Assembly (NCBI GenBank): GCA_951406725.2
Contig: OX597816.1
Span: forward strand, 165,416,001 to 165,480,000
Length of the DNA: 64,000 nt
Source: Octopus vulgaris
Taxonomy: Eukaryota
Direction of reading: 5' to 3'
In this document: in pieces, positions 48,799 through 62,631 of the stretch
How positions within the stretch are numbered: the stretch's first letter is position 1
Layout: the number at the start of each line of letters is the position of its first letter
Notes under the pieces: generated by a model
Database searches by the model: none
Told to the model about the DNA's origin: nothing
What the model saw: the letters and a program-made list of their open reading frames with translations, nothing else
Program-made: the position numbers and the translations under genes

Positions 48799-51700
48799 TA
48801 TACACTGCCCAGGTGTCAAAACCATAATGATATCAGTAGGGCAGCTGATGATGGATGCATGTTGGATTGTTTGTATGGCTGTTTTTGTATATGTGGAATA
48901 GCATGAGCTGGACAGTTCAACAAGAGCTGGCATGTGGAAGAGCATCACTAGGTTCTGTCGTCTGTTTTGCATGGTTTCTACAGCTGGGTACCCTTCCTAA
49001 TGCCAACCACTTTACAAAATGTACTGGGTACATTTTATATTATATTATATAAGGGAGTTACTTGATTACATCAACCCCAGTGTTCAAATGGAACTTATTT
49101 TATTGACCTTGAAAGAATGAAGAGCAAAGTCAATTAAGGTAAATTTGAATTCAGGATGTAGAAAAACTGGCAGAAATAATTCAAAGCATTTTGTCTGAAA
49201 TGGTAGCTTACTGCCTTGATGAGAATAAAAAGAATAATAACGACAATAGTAATATAACAAATCACAACAATAGTTCATACACACATGCATATGTCATGCC
49301 AAATAAGAAAACAAGAAAAATAGATATGGATAAAAAAAAAAAGAGGCCGTTTAAATGTTAGCAGAAAGGCATCAATTCATAAAGGAAAATCAAAGAAAAA
49401 CATGCCAGAATAATGCCAGGATTCAACAGAGGAGACATGAAGTCTGTGGACAATGCAATTGGAAAGAGTGATACAAGGGTAGAAGAGAAACTTGTAGAGC
49501 CATTTTGCAAACCATCTCATTAGTGTTGGACAAAATACAATTCTAAAAGTGAATTTGTAAATGTAGAGACAATTAAATACAGTTTTGAGCTTAATTCCAA
49601 TGCTGAACAAATTTTGCCTTTAACAAGGTTCTTAGTAATAAGAAAAGATAACAAACACACAGAAATAAATTGCCATTCAATCCCATGCTGGTTGGAGGGG
49701 TTGGGTGGTCAACCCAAAGCTATAGTACAAGATACTACAGCAGAAGACATGTTCAAGATACCACACAGTTGGACTGAACTTCAAACCACATGGTTAGGAA
49801 GATAACTTCTTCCCCACACAGCCATGTAGATATCATCATCATCATCAACATTTTAATATCTGGTTTTCCATAGGCCAGAAAAATTCGTTGAGGTAGATTT
49901 TCAATAGCTGTATGCTCTTCCTGCAGATAACCCTCACCTGTTTCCAAGCAAGGTAACATTTTCCTTTGTGCTTTGAACAGTATAATACCAGTCATGTTTC
50001 TATGGAAGAATGCAAGCATATGGTACATTTGTCTACACAAGGTGTGATTTCAAACAGACATACATTTCATAGCTACATGTACAGATATATGCCCATAATG
50101 AGTTTATGCTATACACATACAGGCTTCTTTCAGTTTCCAGCTACCAAATTTACTCATGAGGCATTGGTCAACCCAGGGCTAAAGTAGAAGACACTTGTCC
50201 AAGGCACTGCACAGTGAGACTAGACCCAAGGCAACATGGTTGCAAAACAGACTTTTTAACCTTAAAGTTATGCTTGCACACACACTATATATATATGTAA
50301 AAGATTCTCTCTCTGTGTATAGTGTTCACAGGGAGGTGAAGCAACCACGAAGGTATCGTGTGTTGGCAGGATACAGTAGATATATCTACAGTATCCTACC
50401 AACATACGATACCTTCATGATTGTTTCACTTCCCTGTGAACCCTATGCAATTGTACCTAGACATTTTCTGGCCTCCTATGTGTTGATGTGCCTGGATTCC
50501 AATGAATCCTTCAACTAATCTCTCTCTCCATATCTATGTCTGTGTGTGTGTGTGCACATGTATTATATAAATACATATACACACTCACACACATGCACAC
50601 ACACACGTGTTCAAATGTCAAGTATGATATTAAATGTAACAGGAATGAAAAACCTAAATTGTCAAATCACCTGAAAAGCTGAAGCTAAAAGGTCAGCCCT
50701 AACACTCACCCTTAACTTTTCAGCTGGATAAGCGCTGCTGTTGCTGATGATGATGATAGCAGTAGATAAAATCAGCCAGAAATATTTTTAGGGATGTCTT
50801 TTCGCATCAAATATAATCCAACTTTTTCATATTTTTGTAACCTACAAGTATTTATCACCACCACCATCATCATCATCAACTGCCATATCACGTCAATGAC
50901 TTGTTAATTATATTCTTTCCCTCTAATACAGTGGAAGTGGTTGTCTTGGATGAAAGGGATACTGGCGTCCTTGCATTACCCAGTTGATTTAGGGAGTGAG
51001 AAATAGAATGGAACAAAACTGAAAGGCAAAGTTGACTTCAGCAGGATTTGAACTCAGTAAACAAAGTGCCAGTACAAAAACACTGTAAATAATTCATTTG
51101 GTGCTCCACCGATTCTGTGGATTGACTGCTCTACATAAGGACTTAACAGGCTATTACGGAACAAAACACATTTCCTTTAGAGATTGATAGAGTTAAGTAC
51201 TGGTTGAGCACCAGGGCCGATGTAATCGACATTTTCTACCCCAAAAGTGCTGGGTTTGTGTCAAACTTTGAAATCAATATTTTCATCATCATCATTTAGC
51301 TTCCATACTGGGATGGGTTGGATGGTTACACAGGAACTGATGAGTAAGAAAACTGCGTATGGCACCTACAACTTCTTTGGCATGGGCTCTTTGGCTCAAC
51401 GCCCTTCATAACACTAACCTCTCTACAAGGTGTACTTTGTTTGGTGGTGGTAGTGGTGGTGGTGGTGGGGGTTCTGTGAGACTAGCACAAGTGATGATTA
51501 GGTTAAAGGTTACATTGTCGCAAAGATGATTCAATCACAAATTCTTACTGAATCATCTTTGCATCAACTTGCACTTCCTTGCAACAATGTAACTAATCAA
51601 GATATTCATAGCCTGAAGAGTAATAAGCAGTATACACCTCGCTTGGGTTTTACCACTTCTGAGGTGCCACTCACTATGAAACATACGTAGCTTGGATTTT

Positions 51701-53356
51701 TCCTACTTCACACCATAATTCTTGTATTCTTTTTCACATACTTGGCAACCCTGGTTGCCTACTGTCATCATCATCATCGTTTAGCATCCGCTTTCCATGC
51801 TAGCATGGGTTGGATGGTTCAACTGGGGTCTGGGAAGCCAGAAGGCTGTACCAGGCCCAGTCTGATCTGGCAATGTTTCTACGGTTGGATGCACTTCCTA
51901 ACGCCAAATGCCCTTCCTAGGAATATAAAAAGAACTTTTTCCTGCTCATCGTTCTTCGATAATGAAAAATAATCCGCAACCTTCCATTTCAATAAACTAC
52001 TATTGTTCCCAAAAGCCATTTCTTTTTATATTTACTACAGATTGCTCGAAGCTAACTTTCTCCTGACATCTTGATTCCTGGATCTTACATTTATATATAT
52101 GATTTAATGTACACAGTATAAAAATACAAGCTACCAATAGCTTTTTGCTGTGGAAACAAGTGTTTGGACAGATTTTTATAACATGCCTTGTATCTCCAAA
52201 CAAACTTCAGGCAATAATGGAGACAAAAGGTATGTTATACAAACCTTTCTATACACAGATTTCCACAGCCAGAAACCTATTAGAAGCTTGTACCTTTACA
52301 GCGTGTGAATTAAATGATATTTATCTCTCAATGGATGGTGTACATTTATTGGTGATTTTACCTTAATGGAACAGTAAATTGTATATGTGTAGTGAAAAAG
52401 TGACAAAAAATACAACAAAGGTAAAAAATAAAGGGGGTTGGTATTAGTTTGATGCTCAGGAAATGGGAATAAAAGAAGTTCGAACATCCACTCTTCTTCA
52501 GAATGGTAGGACAGAGAGAGGTGACAGAATAACAAACAAGGTGTATTTGTTTGACGCTCAGGAAAAATGGAAGAGTCTTTGATGTTTTGAGCCTAGAGAG
52601 AGAAATGAGGTGAGAAAACAGATTGGAGAGAGGGGGGAAAAAGAAAAACACGTGTGTATATATATATATATATATATTGTACAATGAAGGCAGAAACCAG
52701 AAACGTAAATGAAGAAATATAATAAATAAATAATTTGTTTCTAGCAAGCTCTGTTCATTTACAAGCAGCTGAAGAATAAATTAATTCAGAGCAACAGAAT
52801 GATTTAAAGCAAGAAACATCACTGACATTACCAGTTCTATATTTCTAAGAGTGTGAAGGCTTTGGTGTGATTTACTGGAATATCTTTATCTTCACATATA
52901 ATACTATATAAGACTGTGTGTGTGTGTGCACGTGTTGGTGTCAGCCAGCTGATATCTTATGCTATTATTCATGTTGTAACGATTTCAATTTAAATATGAT
53001 AACTTTTAATATAAGGTAATATCAAGTAGGTTGGGTAGGATGTTACTCAGTAAACATTTGTGTTGTTTAGTGATAAACAAAATGAGATTTTCACTGAAGC
53101 ACAAGCTGACAGATAGAGGAATTACACCAGTTGAGCAAGTGACTTGTAGGTATAACTTTTAGCCAAACTTAATCCATGCAGCAATTTACCAAGGACATGT
53201 GGCAAATAGGATAATTTTTTTTTATTTACAATTGTTATGGCATGTTCATTTATTATATATTACTATCACCATTTCATTCCATGTTGTGCTGATAAAGGAG
53301 GGGGTGATGTGAAAGCTGTGTGCTGAAAGGAATTGTTTGGAGGTTGGAATAATTCA

Positions 53357-53655
53357 CCCCTGGAAATATGGGTGTTTCACACATCATCCTTAAACAACCC
53401 TTATTCAGGGACCATTTGAGCAGGAGAAGCTACTTCACCTGAAGAAAATTCTAACTGGGCCCCACCTGCAAGTCATGCACTGTCTATCTTGTTATGAGAT
53501 CACCAGGTCATGCACATTTGGCCATGATGCATGTGCCTGATGTGCCCTTACTGGACAAGATACTCATGATAGGTATATCGGGTTTTGTATATTTGTACTC
53601 CAGCGTTACTTTGATGGTATGTGCTGCTCTCTCACTCAATAATAGTAATAATAAT
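53357..53655 (+). repeat. Probable interspersed retroelement 3' end with (AAT)n tail
   Basis: Ends CTCTCTCACTCAATAATAGTAATAATAAT. Resembles a repeat I recall from octopus genomes, but it is single-copy in this window. Confidence 0.35.
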
Positions 53656-54983
53656 TTCATAGTTACATATCAGTTTTCATAGATTCAGTAAAAGTAGTTG
53701 TACTTAAGGAAAATAACCAGCACTTGTATAACAATACAGAATACTATGTTATACACAATATATACATGTAACCCTTTAGCATTTAAACTGGCTATATCCA
53801 CTGAAATACAACCTGTTTTGCATTCAAACCAGCAAGATCTGGCCTCTCAAACCTACCTCACAATGTCATTCTAATAAAAGCAATCACATAATCAAAATTT
53901 CGAAGCTATGAGATTATGCATGATTAATTCAAAACAATGAGAATAAATAAACATTGCATTTGACAGAATGCTGAAGGATTAATATAAAATAAAATGATAA
54001 TATCAGACAATATGAATAAAGAAGTAAAATAGAATTTATAGAAGTGGTAAAAGAACAAAAGAGAAGGAAAAGAAACCGTGTGGCAATGTTACTTGCACGA
54101 AGCTAAAATGGAACTGAAGGAGAAGAGTAAAAAAAGAGAGAGACAGAGAGATAACTGAAGGATCTGAGAAGATGGGAAAGAGATATTGGAAGTCCATCAT
54201 TCTACAAGAATAAAAGGGGTATCATGCATCATAACTGTGCATTGTTACTTACACATTGCATCTTGACCTGGATGGAATTGCAAGCAGGAAAAATAAAATA
54301 TACAACTGATAATAATGGGCAAATACTGTCTCTGAGTGCAATAAAAAAGATAGTTTTTGCTTTTATGGTAAGGTTCATTTAGGGAGTTAAAGCTTAAAGC
54401 TAAGGGTCAAAAACATTGTAGGTAAGATATAAGATTCTGCAAATATATTCTTTTTTTTTTTAACTGCAAATGTGAGAATTCATTAGATACACACACGTGC
54501 AGATACACACTCAAAAAGAAGGCATTAAAGCTTAACCCAAAAAAATTTTCAAGGATTTCACAAACTGAAATTTCTGTAATGTGTGTATGTCTATATAGGT
54601 GTAGTCATAGTTGAATGTTTAAGAAGTTCGCTTTGTGACCATGTGGGTTCAAGTTCAGTCCCACTGCACAGTACCTTGGGCAATTGCCTTCTGCTACAGC
54701 CAAGATCCGACAAATGTTTTGTGGATAGTAAGATGACCATTTCATATACATCACCATTATCATATATGCACGTGTTAAGAGAGGACCTTGTACATCCTCC
54801 ACATGACTGAAAGTGGACTAACAGTTCCCAATAAAATAAGAACTGTGTGAACTGTCAGGAGCAGGTGACAGTGTTGGTTGACCGTATGGGTTACTGTGTT
54901 AGAGCAACATGTGTTGGTTTAATATCATACCTACATTCAAGTAGTGTAGAGTGCATTCCATGTGAACATAATTCACTGATTGG

Positions 54984-55213
54984 TTGCCACCGGCACAGGT
55001 GCCAGTGGAGGCTGGCAACAACCACGATCGTGCCGGTGGCACGTAAAAAGCACCCACTACACTAAAAGAGGTTGGCATTAGGAAGGGCATCAAGCTGTAG
55101 AAACACTGCCAGATCAGACTGGAGTCTGGTGCAGCCTCCTGGCTTCCCAGGCCCAGTTGCACTGTCGAACCCATGCTAGCATGGAAAATGGACGTTAAAC
55201 GATGATGATGATG
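54984..55213 (+). mobile_element. RTE-tailed element with an inverted 5' segment
   Basis: Tail GGACGTTAAAC(GAT)n. 54984-55030 is the reverse complement of an upstream unit, joined at the palindrome CACGATCGTG. Confidence 0.8.
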
Positions 55214-56214
55214 ACATCTAAATATTTATTTGGGTAACCCGACATGTACACACACGTCATAACTATGTTAAATAATAATTTAAAATTTGGATATACACCT
55301 CGTAGTATGCCATTCTGAGCCAGTGAATGGGCATTAAACGGCATACCTGATGTCATCAACAGCATGAATATATGTTGCTTGATTTGCTTCAAAAATCCCT
55401 TCATGTCTGTAGAATTTACGAAATATGAGAGTAAGGAAATTAAATTCATGAAACTCTTTATTATTCACTACAATTGTTTCAACCCATCATGCATCAGTGA
55501 CCTGTGGATGAGATGCTGTGCAGCCATGGTGCATCACAGGTGCAGGTGTTTTCTCCATACGAAAGTATGGAAAGTAACATTGACCTTGGCCAAATTTGAA
55601 CTCAGAACCATAAAGCCAGAGAAATGCTGTTAAGCATTGTCCCCAACATGCTAACAATTCTGCAAGCTTACCATAACAATAATAGTGCCAAGAACAAGAG
55701 CAATGATTTTAATGCCAAATGTAAAATATTCATGATGAACTCAGCAAGACAATAAATATTGGCAGAATTCTTCCTTCTTGAACAAAAAAATAATCTTATT
55801 CATTAGTTTCTAAATTTGAAGAATAGCATAAACCAGAACAACATTTTCCTTCGATGATTTTAGAATTCATTTATGAGATTCGAAGAGATTCAAGAATTAA
55901 TTTTATTTGAGTATGTTTCTGTATGCATAAAAGTAGAGAAAATGGTGTTTCAATTACAAAAGGAGGCAAGTTTGATGGTTGGTGTCTAGCCAGTCAAGAG
56001 TTTAATTCTATAAGAGGTCAATTTTGATATTTGTTTCCTCAGGGATCCAATAAAGAACGAAATTATTCCTTCAACTTGTTTCCTTGATTTCACAAGCCTT
56101 ATTTGGGTCATGCCATAAGTGTATATATATATATATATACACACTTATGGCATATATATATGGGGAAAAAAAGTCAAGACAGAAAATGCTAAAATAATTT
56201 TATAAAAAACATTT

Positions 56215-56253
56215 CAGTACCGGTTTCAGTCATTGATGAGACTTTTTCAACTG
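56215..56253 (-). ncRNA. Minimal type I hammerhead ribozyme, U3-A8 core variant (probably Penelope-like element terminus)
   Basis: Minus strand CAG-UUGAAAA-AGUC-ucaucaau-GACU-GAAA-CCGG-UA-CUG. Stem I CAG/CUG, stem II 4 bp, palindromic stem III ACCGGU, GUA cleavage triplet. Confidence 0.6.
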
Positions 56254-56411
56254 TAACAATTAAATAATTAAATTTAGAAAAATTAAAAGAAAAGTTTTTT
56301 AAATTTAATATTTGTATAGTGTTCAAATACAAGTGGCATTTTCCTTGTTTCTGCCTGTCTCTGTCTCTTGTTTACTCTTGTGGGTTCGAGGTCCTTGTGT
56401 GGGTTCGAGGT

Positions 56412-56476
<65 letters not shown>

Positions 56477-57489
56477 ATTGTAGAAGTAAGAATCAAAGTT
56501 ATGTAAATTGAATTCATATATATTTATTCAGCCCTAGACTCAACATGCATGAATTTCTGTTTTATTTTTCAGAAAATGTTTCAGGTTCTCAACTCTATCC
56601 AAAATGATTCTGGATAGAGTTAAGAATCAGCTTCCACATCCATTGAAACTTTTTCTGAAAAATACCCCCCCCCTCCTCTTATTAGCTTCCATTCTGACAT
56701 GGAGTCTATTCTGACATATGAGTCTATGTCTGTGTGTGTGTGTGTTTATACCTCACCACCATCACTCGACAACTGATGTTGGTTTCTAGCTACGATGCCG
56801 TGCAGGTAACTGCTTTTATTGGACAGGAAACTACTTTTATTGGAAGCAAGCTTATCACCCATAAAGCAACATATACTCCAGCCTTAACCTTGGCTCAATA
56901 TCTAGTGATGACAGCTATAAAGGTATTAATCAATTACGATGCTCGTTAAGGGATTTGATTCTGAAGGTAAAACTAGTTTTGATTTCTCATTCTCGAAATG
57001 GAATACCAAGACATTGATCAAATTCAATCTCCTCTTAAATTATTATACATAATGCATTTATTAATGAATAAAAATAACAAGCAACAAATTAGAACAACAG
57101 TCGTTAACAAAAGGAATTTAAGAAATAAAAGAAATCAATATAAAAAATAATAATAAATGTATTGAAATGACTGATCGACATTTAGGTAGGGTTTTCACTT
57201 AACGAAGTTCTTTGGTGGGGGGGGGGGTAAAGGAGTCTGATGTTAGATTGATTATGTGATGGAATAGTGGGTGTCTGTGAGTGGGTAGGTAGGGTGATGA
57301 TAGTGGTGAGGTGTGTGGGGTGGGGGTGAGGGCGGGATCAGAAAGGATGGATGTTCAGTTCTAATTCATGGCAGAAGTTTAATTGTCGCCCAAATTTAAT
57401 GAAATGATGGAGAATAATTTAATTAGATTTGATTCATTAATGGTAGTAGCGTCATTGATAGCTCTGTTGTGCGTGATTAGTGAAGAAGC

Positions 57490-57702
57490 ACTGAGAGAGA
57501 TGAAGAGAGCAAGAGAGAGAAAAAGAGTAGGAGTAAAAAAGAGTGAGATGAAGAAGAGAGAAGAAAAAGGAGAGAGAAAGAAAAAGAGAAGAGAGAGTAA
57601 AAAAGAGAGGGACAAAGAGAGAAATAAGAGAAAAGGGAGAAAGAGAGGGAAGAAAGAAAGAGTGGAGAGAAAAGAGGAGAAAAAGAAAAAAGAGAGATAG
57701 AA
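57490..57702. repeat. Purine-rich (GA/GAA) low-complexity tract
   Basis: Direct reading; explains the K/R/E-rich ORF 57383-57700. Confidence 0.9.
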
Positions 57703-58323
57703 AGGTGTGTATGTGTGTATTTTGAAAGATTTGTAATTAAATCAGAGTTCAAGTGGATCTCAAAATGCACAATTGTTGGATAATTCTATTCCTCTGATCC
57801 TATCTTTGGTATGTAAATGCAATCCTGGTGTGTAGACATTGTCATAGCCTGTGCAGTATATCCACATCATCATCCTCATCATTTAACATCCATCTTCCAT
57901 GCTGGTATGGATTGGATGGTTCGACAGGAGCTGGCAAGCCAGAGCACTGCCCAGGTTACAACTGTCTCTTCTGAGAGGATTTCTACACCCTTTCCTAATG
58001 TCAACCACTTTACAGATTGTGCAGAATATGTTAACTGATTACTGGATAGAAAAGACCAAAGTTGTGATTGGCAACAGAGAGCACTATATTAATATGTGCC
58101 ATTACTTTTCCTTGCTAACAGTCTGATCTGGCTGTAGAAAGCCAGGCCAAATTGGACTGGGGTTTGGTGCAGCCTTTCAGCATGCCAGCCCAGTCAAACC
58201 GTCCAACCCATTCCAGCATGGATAACAGATGTATAATGATGATGATAAACATAGGTCAGACAGAGTTATTGAAACAGATTTTGTATGTTTGGATGCATTT
58301 CCTGTTACCAACCCTCGCAAGTA

Positions 58324-58710
58324 GGCGTAGGAGTGGTTGTGCGGTAAGTAGCTTGCTTACCAACCACATGGTTCCGGGTTCAGTCCCACTGCATGGCACC
58401 TTGGGCAAGTGTCTTCTACTATAGCCTTGGGTCGACCAAAGCCTTCTGAGTGGATTTGGTAGATGGAAACTGAAAGAAGCCCGTCGTATATATGTATATA
58501 TATGTTTGTGTGTGTATATGTTTGTCACCCACCAACATCGCTTGACAACCGATGCTGGTGTGTTTACGTCCCCGTAATTTAGAGGTTCGGCAAAAGGGAC
58601 CAATAGAATAAGTACTAGGCTTACAAAGAATAAGTCTGGGATCGATTTGCTCAACTAAAGGCGGTGCTCCAGCATGACCACAGTCAAATAACTGAAACAA
58701 GCAAAAGAGT
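58324..58710 (+). mobile_element. SINE family 1, full length, inserted in a minus-strand composite SINE (~58250-58970)
   Basis: TSD AAGTA at 58319-58323 and 58711-58715. Confidence 0.9.
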
Positions 58711-60504
58711 AAGTAAGGTAATATTTCCTCATGGCCAGACATTTCTTCAGAGAAGGTTGAAAATGAAGGACACTGCTTGTTTGACAGTGACACTCATTTA
58801 CAACTATCATGTGATATCAAGACACAAAGGAGACACACACATGCACGAACAACAAGCTTCTTTCAGTTACCATCTACCAAATCCACTCATAAGGTTTTGG
58901 TAAGCCTGGGGTTATAGCAGATGACACTTGGCACCAAGAAGTCACAGAGTGGGACTGTGACTCCAAAGCCATAAGGAGTCAACAAAAAGTTCTTTGAGGC
59001 AGTGACTAAGGATGTCCACAGTCTAATGACAGAAAACAAGCCAAAGATAAAAGACGGACAGAAAGTAAATATACAAGACTTTCTGCACATAATTTTAAAC
59101 TAAACATGTCTATTCACTATAGCAGAATTTATTGAAAATATAGCAATTGATTTCTTTAGATGAAGCCTTCATTACCAACAGTGCAACACAAGCAAAGCCA
59201 CCAAACGAAGAACTAGAAAAATAAGGAGTTTTCTTTTTTTTTTTATTATTATTTTAACAGCTATATTTTTATTTTACTTATTTATTTTACTGTCTTCAGT
59301 TTCTTATTCAGATGCTTCTTCAGAAAAATTTAATATCATTTGCTGTTTCCAATAATCTTTCACACTTTTTCAATCCATTTCTAATCAAGTTATGCCTGTC
59401 AGTGAAGAATCCAGTGTGTGTGTGTGTGTGGGGGGCATGTGTGAGAGAGAAAGAGTGGGTGTATGTGTATATATGCCATCATCATCATCATCATCATTTT
59501 ACATTTACTTTCCATGTTGGCATGGGTTAGATGAGTAATCGTGCACAGAATTACTTTATATTCAGGGGTTACTGCCCTTGCCCTTGTAAATGAACCAAGA
59601 ACTACTGCATTTACTTGTGTGTAAATCACACTTTCTTTTATACTTGATTTTTAACTGGGGTATGACATGCAGGGGACAATGCTGATGCCAAGTTTGAATA
59701 TGAAGGAAAATTTTCAGTACCAAGATTTAACAAATTACAGGTGCAATATAAGCACAAGTCAATACAATACACCCTGCATAAGCATGCCATTTTTAATAGG
59801 GTGGCTAGATGCCCTTCTTATACACAAGCATAATCACAGACATTGCTGTGTGTGTTCTCGGGGAGATTCAGCGTGACACAGAATGCAACAAGGCTGGCTC
59901 ATTGAATTACAGGTACAATTCAACTTTGACAAGCCATGGGAAATCGAACTCAAAACCTTACTATTATGAGCTGAATCTCCCTAACCCATACACCTTCATT
60001 TGTTCCAACATTAAAACCAAAAATATTCCAAGTTCACCATAATGAGACCATCGCCCACTCTTTCCTTTTACAACCAAATATTGAATACATTTAGGTAAAT
60101 ATTTGTGTACGTGCGTGTACATATCTGTTGTCTGTTTTGTTTGTCTTTTTCTCTTTCAGATCTAGTTTGTTTGGCGCATGTAACTGAAATGAAGACTATA
60201 AAAGACCCCTATAACCACATCTCCGTCTAGCAACTCACTCCCACCTCGCCCTCTCTCAGTCCCCAATTACTGCTATTTTTACTCTGGATCTCGTTAGTTA
60301 GATAACTGCACTGTCATGTCAATCCTAAACAAGATGCTTTCCTTAATTAGTTGCTTTGATTTCAGCACTGCAGTCTTATTAACAAAGATGACAACAACTA
60401 GTCTACCTCTTGCTAACATCAAAACAAAGAAAAAAGAATTAAGCAACAGTGAGAAATGTGTTGATATACACCTATCATCATCATCATCGTTTAACGTGTG
60501 AAGG

Positions 60505-60780
60505 AACATGGCTCAGTGGTTCAGGTATTCAGCTTACAACAGTAAGGTTCTGATTTCAATACCTGGCAGCACATTGTTTCCTTGAGCAAGTCACTTTATT
60601 TTACATTGCCTCAGTCTACTAGACTGACAAAAATGAGTAGTACCTCTTTTTTAAAGGGCCAGCTTTGTAACACTCTGTATCAAGCTGAATCTCCCTGAGA
60701 ACTACATTAACGGTACACATGTCTGTGGAGTACTCAGCTACTTGCAAGTTGATTTCATGAGTAGGCGGTTTCATTGAATG
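60505..60780 (+). mobile_element. SINE family 3
   Basis: TGGCTCAGTGG A-box and CCTTGAGCAAGTCACTT core. Confidence 0.75.
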
Positions 60781-60829
60781 GTTATACTGGAACTTATTGT
60801 GTTGTAACTGGCAGAGTGCCAGTTTATCA

Positions 60830-61550
60830 TTCAATGCCCAGCTTCTATTCTGACATGGGTCAGACAGTTCAACAGGATGCAAGAAACCAGAGAACTGCAT
60901 CAAGTTCCAATGTCTGCCTTGCTTCTACAGTTAGAAGCCCTTCCGAATGCCAACCACTTTAGAGTGTGTACTGGGTGATTTTTTATTTTTTATTTTTTTT
61001 TTGCCGTGGTACCAACACTTGTGAGGTCACTAAGTAACCCACAAAGCAAAGATAAAGACCTTTCAACAAGGGGGGAATTGAAGTATAGACGGAGGTGGCA
61101 TTATGCAAGGTATTGAGAAGTTAAACTATGATGGAGGGACAGGCACAGGGTTAACCCACATTATATAAAGGTGGGTAGGAGTATCATCATCATCATCATT
61201 TCACAGCCATCTTCCCTGGTGTCATGGGTTTGACAGTTTGACAAAATCCAAGGAGGTAAAGGACTGCATCAAGCTCCAATGTTTGCTTTGACAGTTTCTG
61301 CGGTTGGATGCCCTTCCTAATGCCAACCACTTTACATATTGTACTGGGGGCTTATTCTGTTGCACCAGCACTAGTGAGATTGCCAAGTAACTTACAACTC
61401 AAAGGAAAAGACCTCTTGACAAGGTGGAGTTGTACCAGAGAGGGAAGGTGGCATTATGCAAGATTCTGAGAGGATAAAATATGATAGAGGAGCAAGCACA
61501 GGTATTCCATTATAGATATAGCATGGCTACCCCATACTATAGAAGGGTAA
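60830..61550 (-). mobile_element. Two head-to-tail older RTE-tailed elements sharing a distinct ~170-bp body
   Basis: Both share GGTGGCATTATGCAAG and AAGTAAC...AAAGACC motifs (~61015-61180 and ~61365-61550). Confidence 0.65.
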
Positions 61551-62631
61551 CTAATATGTGTGTGTGTATTTATACACACACACCTCATATGCACTGTTAG
61601 CCAGAAAACATGCATAAATCGCTCAGGTTTATCTGGGCACATGAGGGTGTACAGAGAAAGCAATCAGAATGATCTGGAACAATCAAGAAGTCAAACAAAT
61701 TTGTATGACTGTCGTATCGACAACAAGTTCCGTATGTCACTGGGAGGACTCAAGAACTGTTGTTGTTGTTGTTCTTTCTCACAATGTGTAATGTTGGGAT
61801 GATTTTACTTAGTCAGCCATGATCATACACATTTAACGAGTCAACAGCCATTGTATGTATCATCATCATCATCATTCAATGTCTGTTTTCCATGCTGGCA
61901 TGGGTTGGACAGTTTGACTGGGGACTGGCAAGCCAGAAGATTGCACCAGGCTCTATACGTATGTACATACATACGTATGCATGCATGCTTGTATGTACAT
62001 ATGCATTCTTTTATTCTTTCATGTGTTTTAGCCAGAGGCTGTGGTCATGTTGGGGCACTACCAGCTTTATCACTTTTTCAACAGCCATTGATTGGTGACT
62101 GGCTTTTGGTGAAGGACTGCATGTGTGTATGCGTATATATGTGATGCATATGTACCTATGTACAGGATTTACGTAATGTATGTAAAATCATATACAAATA
62201 TATTTCAAAAACAAACCACGATTCAAGTAACAGCCTTTGGCGAGAAACATATTTATCTACAAGTTCTTTAAATCCCAACCTTGTTATAAGATACAGAAAA
62301 GAGACTAACCGATGCTCCTAAGTGATCTTTTGTTGAAAAATATTGGATAAATGCGATCCAACAAAGCATTACAAGACAGAATCAAAGGCAAACAACAGGT
62401 CTTTATGTTTGGTAAACAACGGCCTGTTTGTTAGAAGACATTGGTATGTGCGTGTGTGTGTGAGGGGCTCACAGAAACAGAATTATGTTTGTCAATAAAA
62501 ATAGAGATTGCATTCTTAGAAGATAATGTTGCAAGATGAGAATGAGAATATGTATGGATTAGACGGAGAAACAAGACACCTTTGTGAATTAAGCTCTATG
62601 GCAAATAGTGGCTACTTCACAAATATTCAGA

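Noticed and set aside
50932-50987. VEVVVLDERD after an acceptor-like tract, reminiscent of a cadherin linker
   Set aside because: Stop after 18 codons and no other cadherin motifs.
51880-52019. Minus-strand ORF MAFGNNSSLLKWKVADYFSLSKNDEQEKVLFIFL as an alternative first exon
   Set aside because: Runs into a SINE without a donor; evidence insufficient.
57383-57770. K/R/E-rich and L/F/S-rich ORFs
   Set aside because: Translation of a purine-rich low-complexity tract; the same applies to ORFs at 10435-10954, 42420-42908 and 62526-63014.
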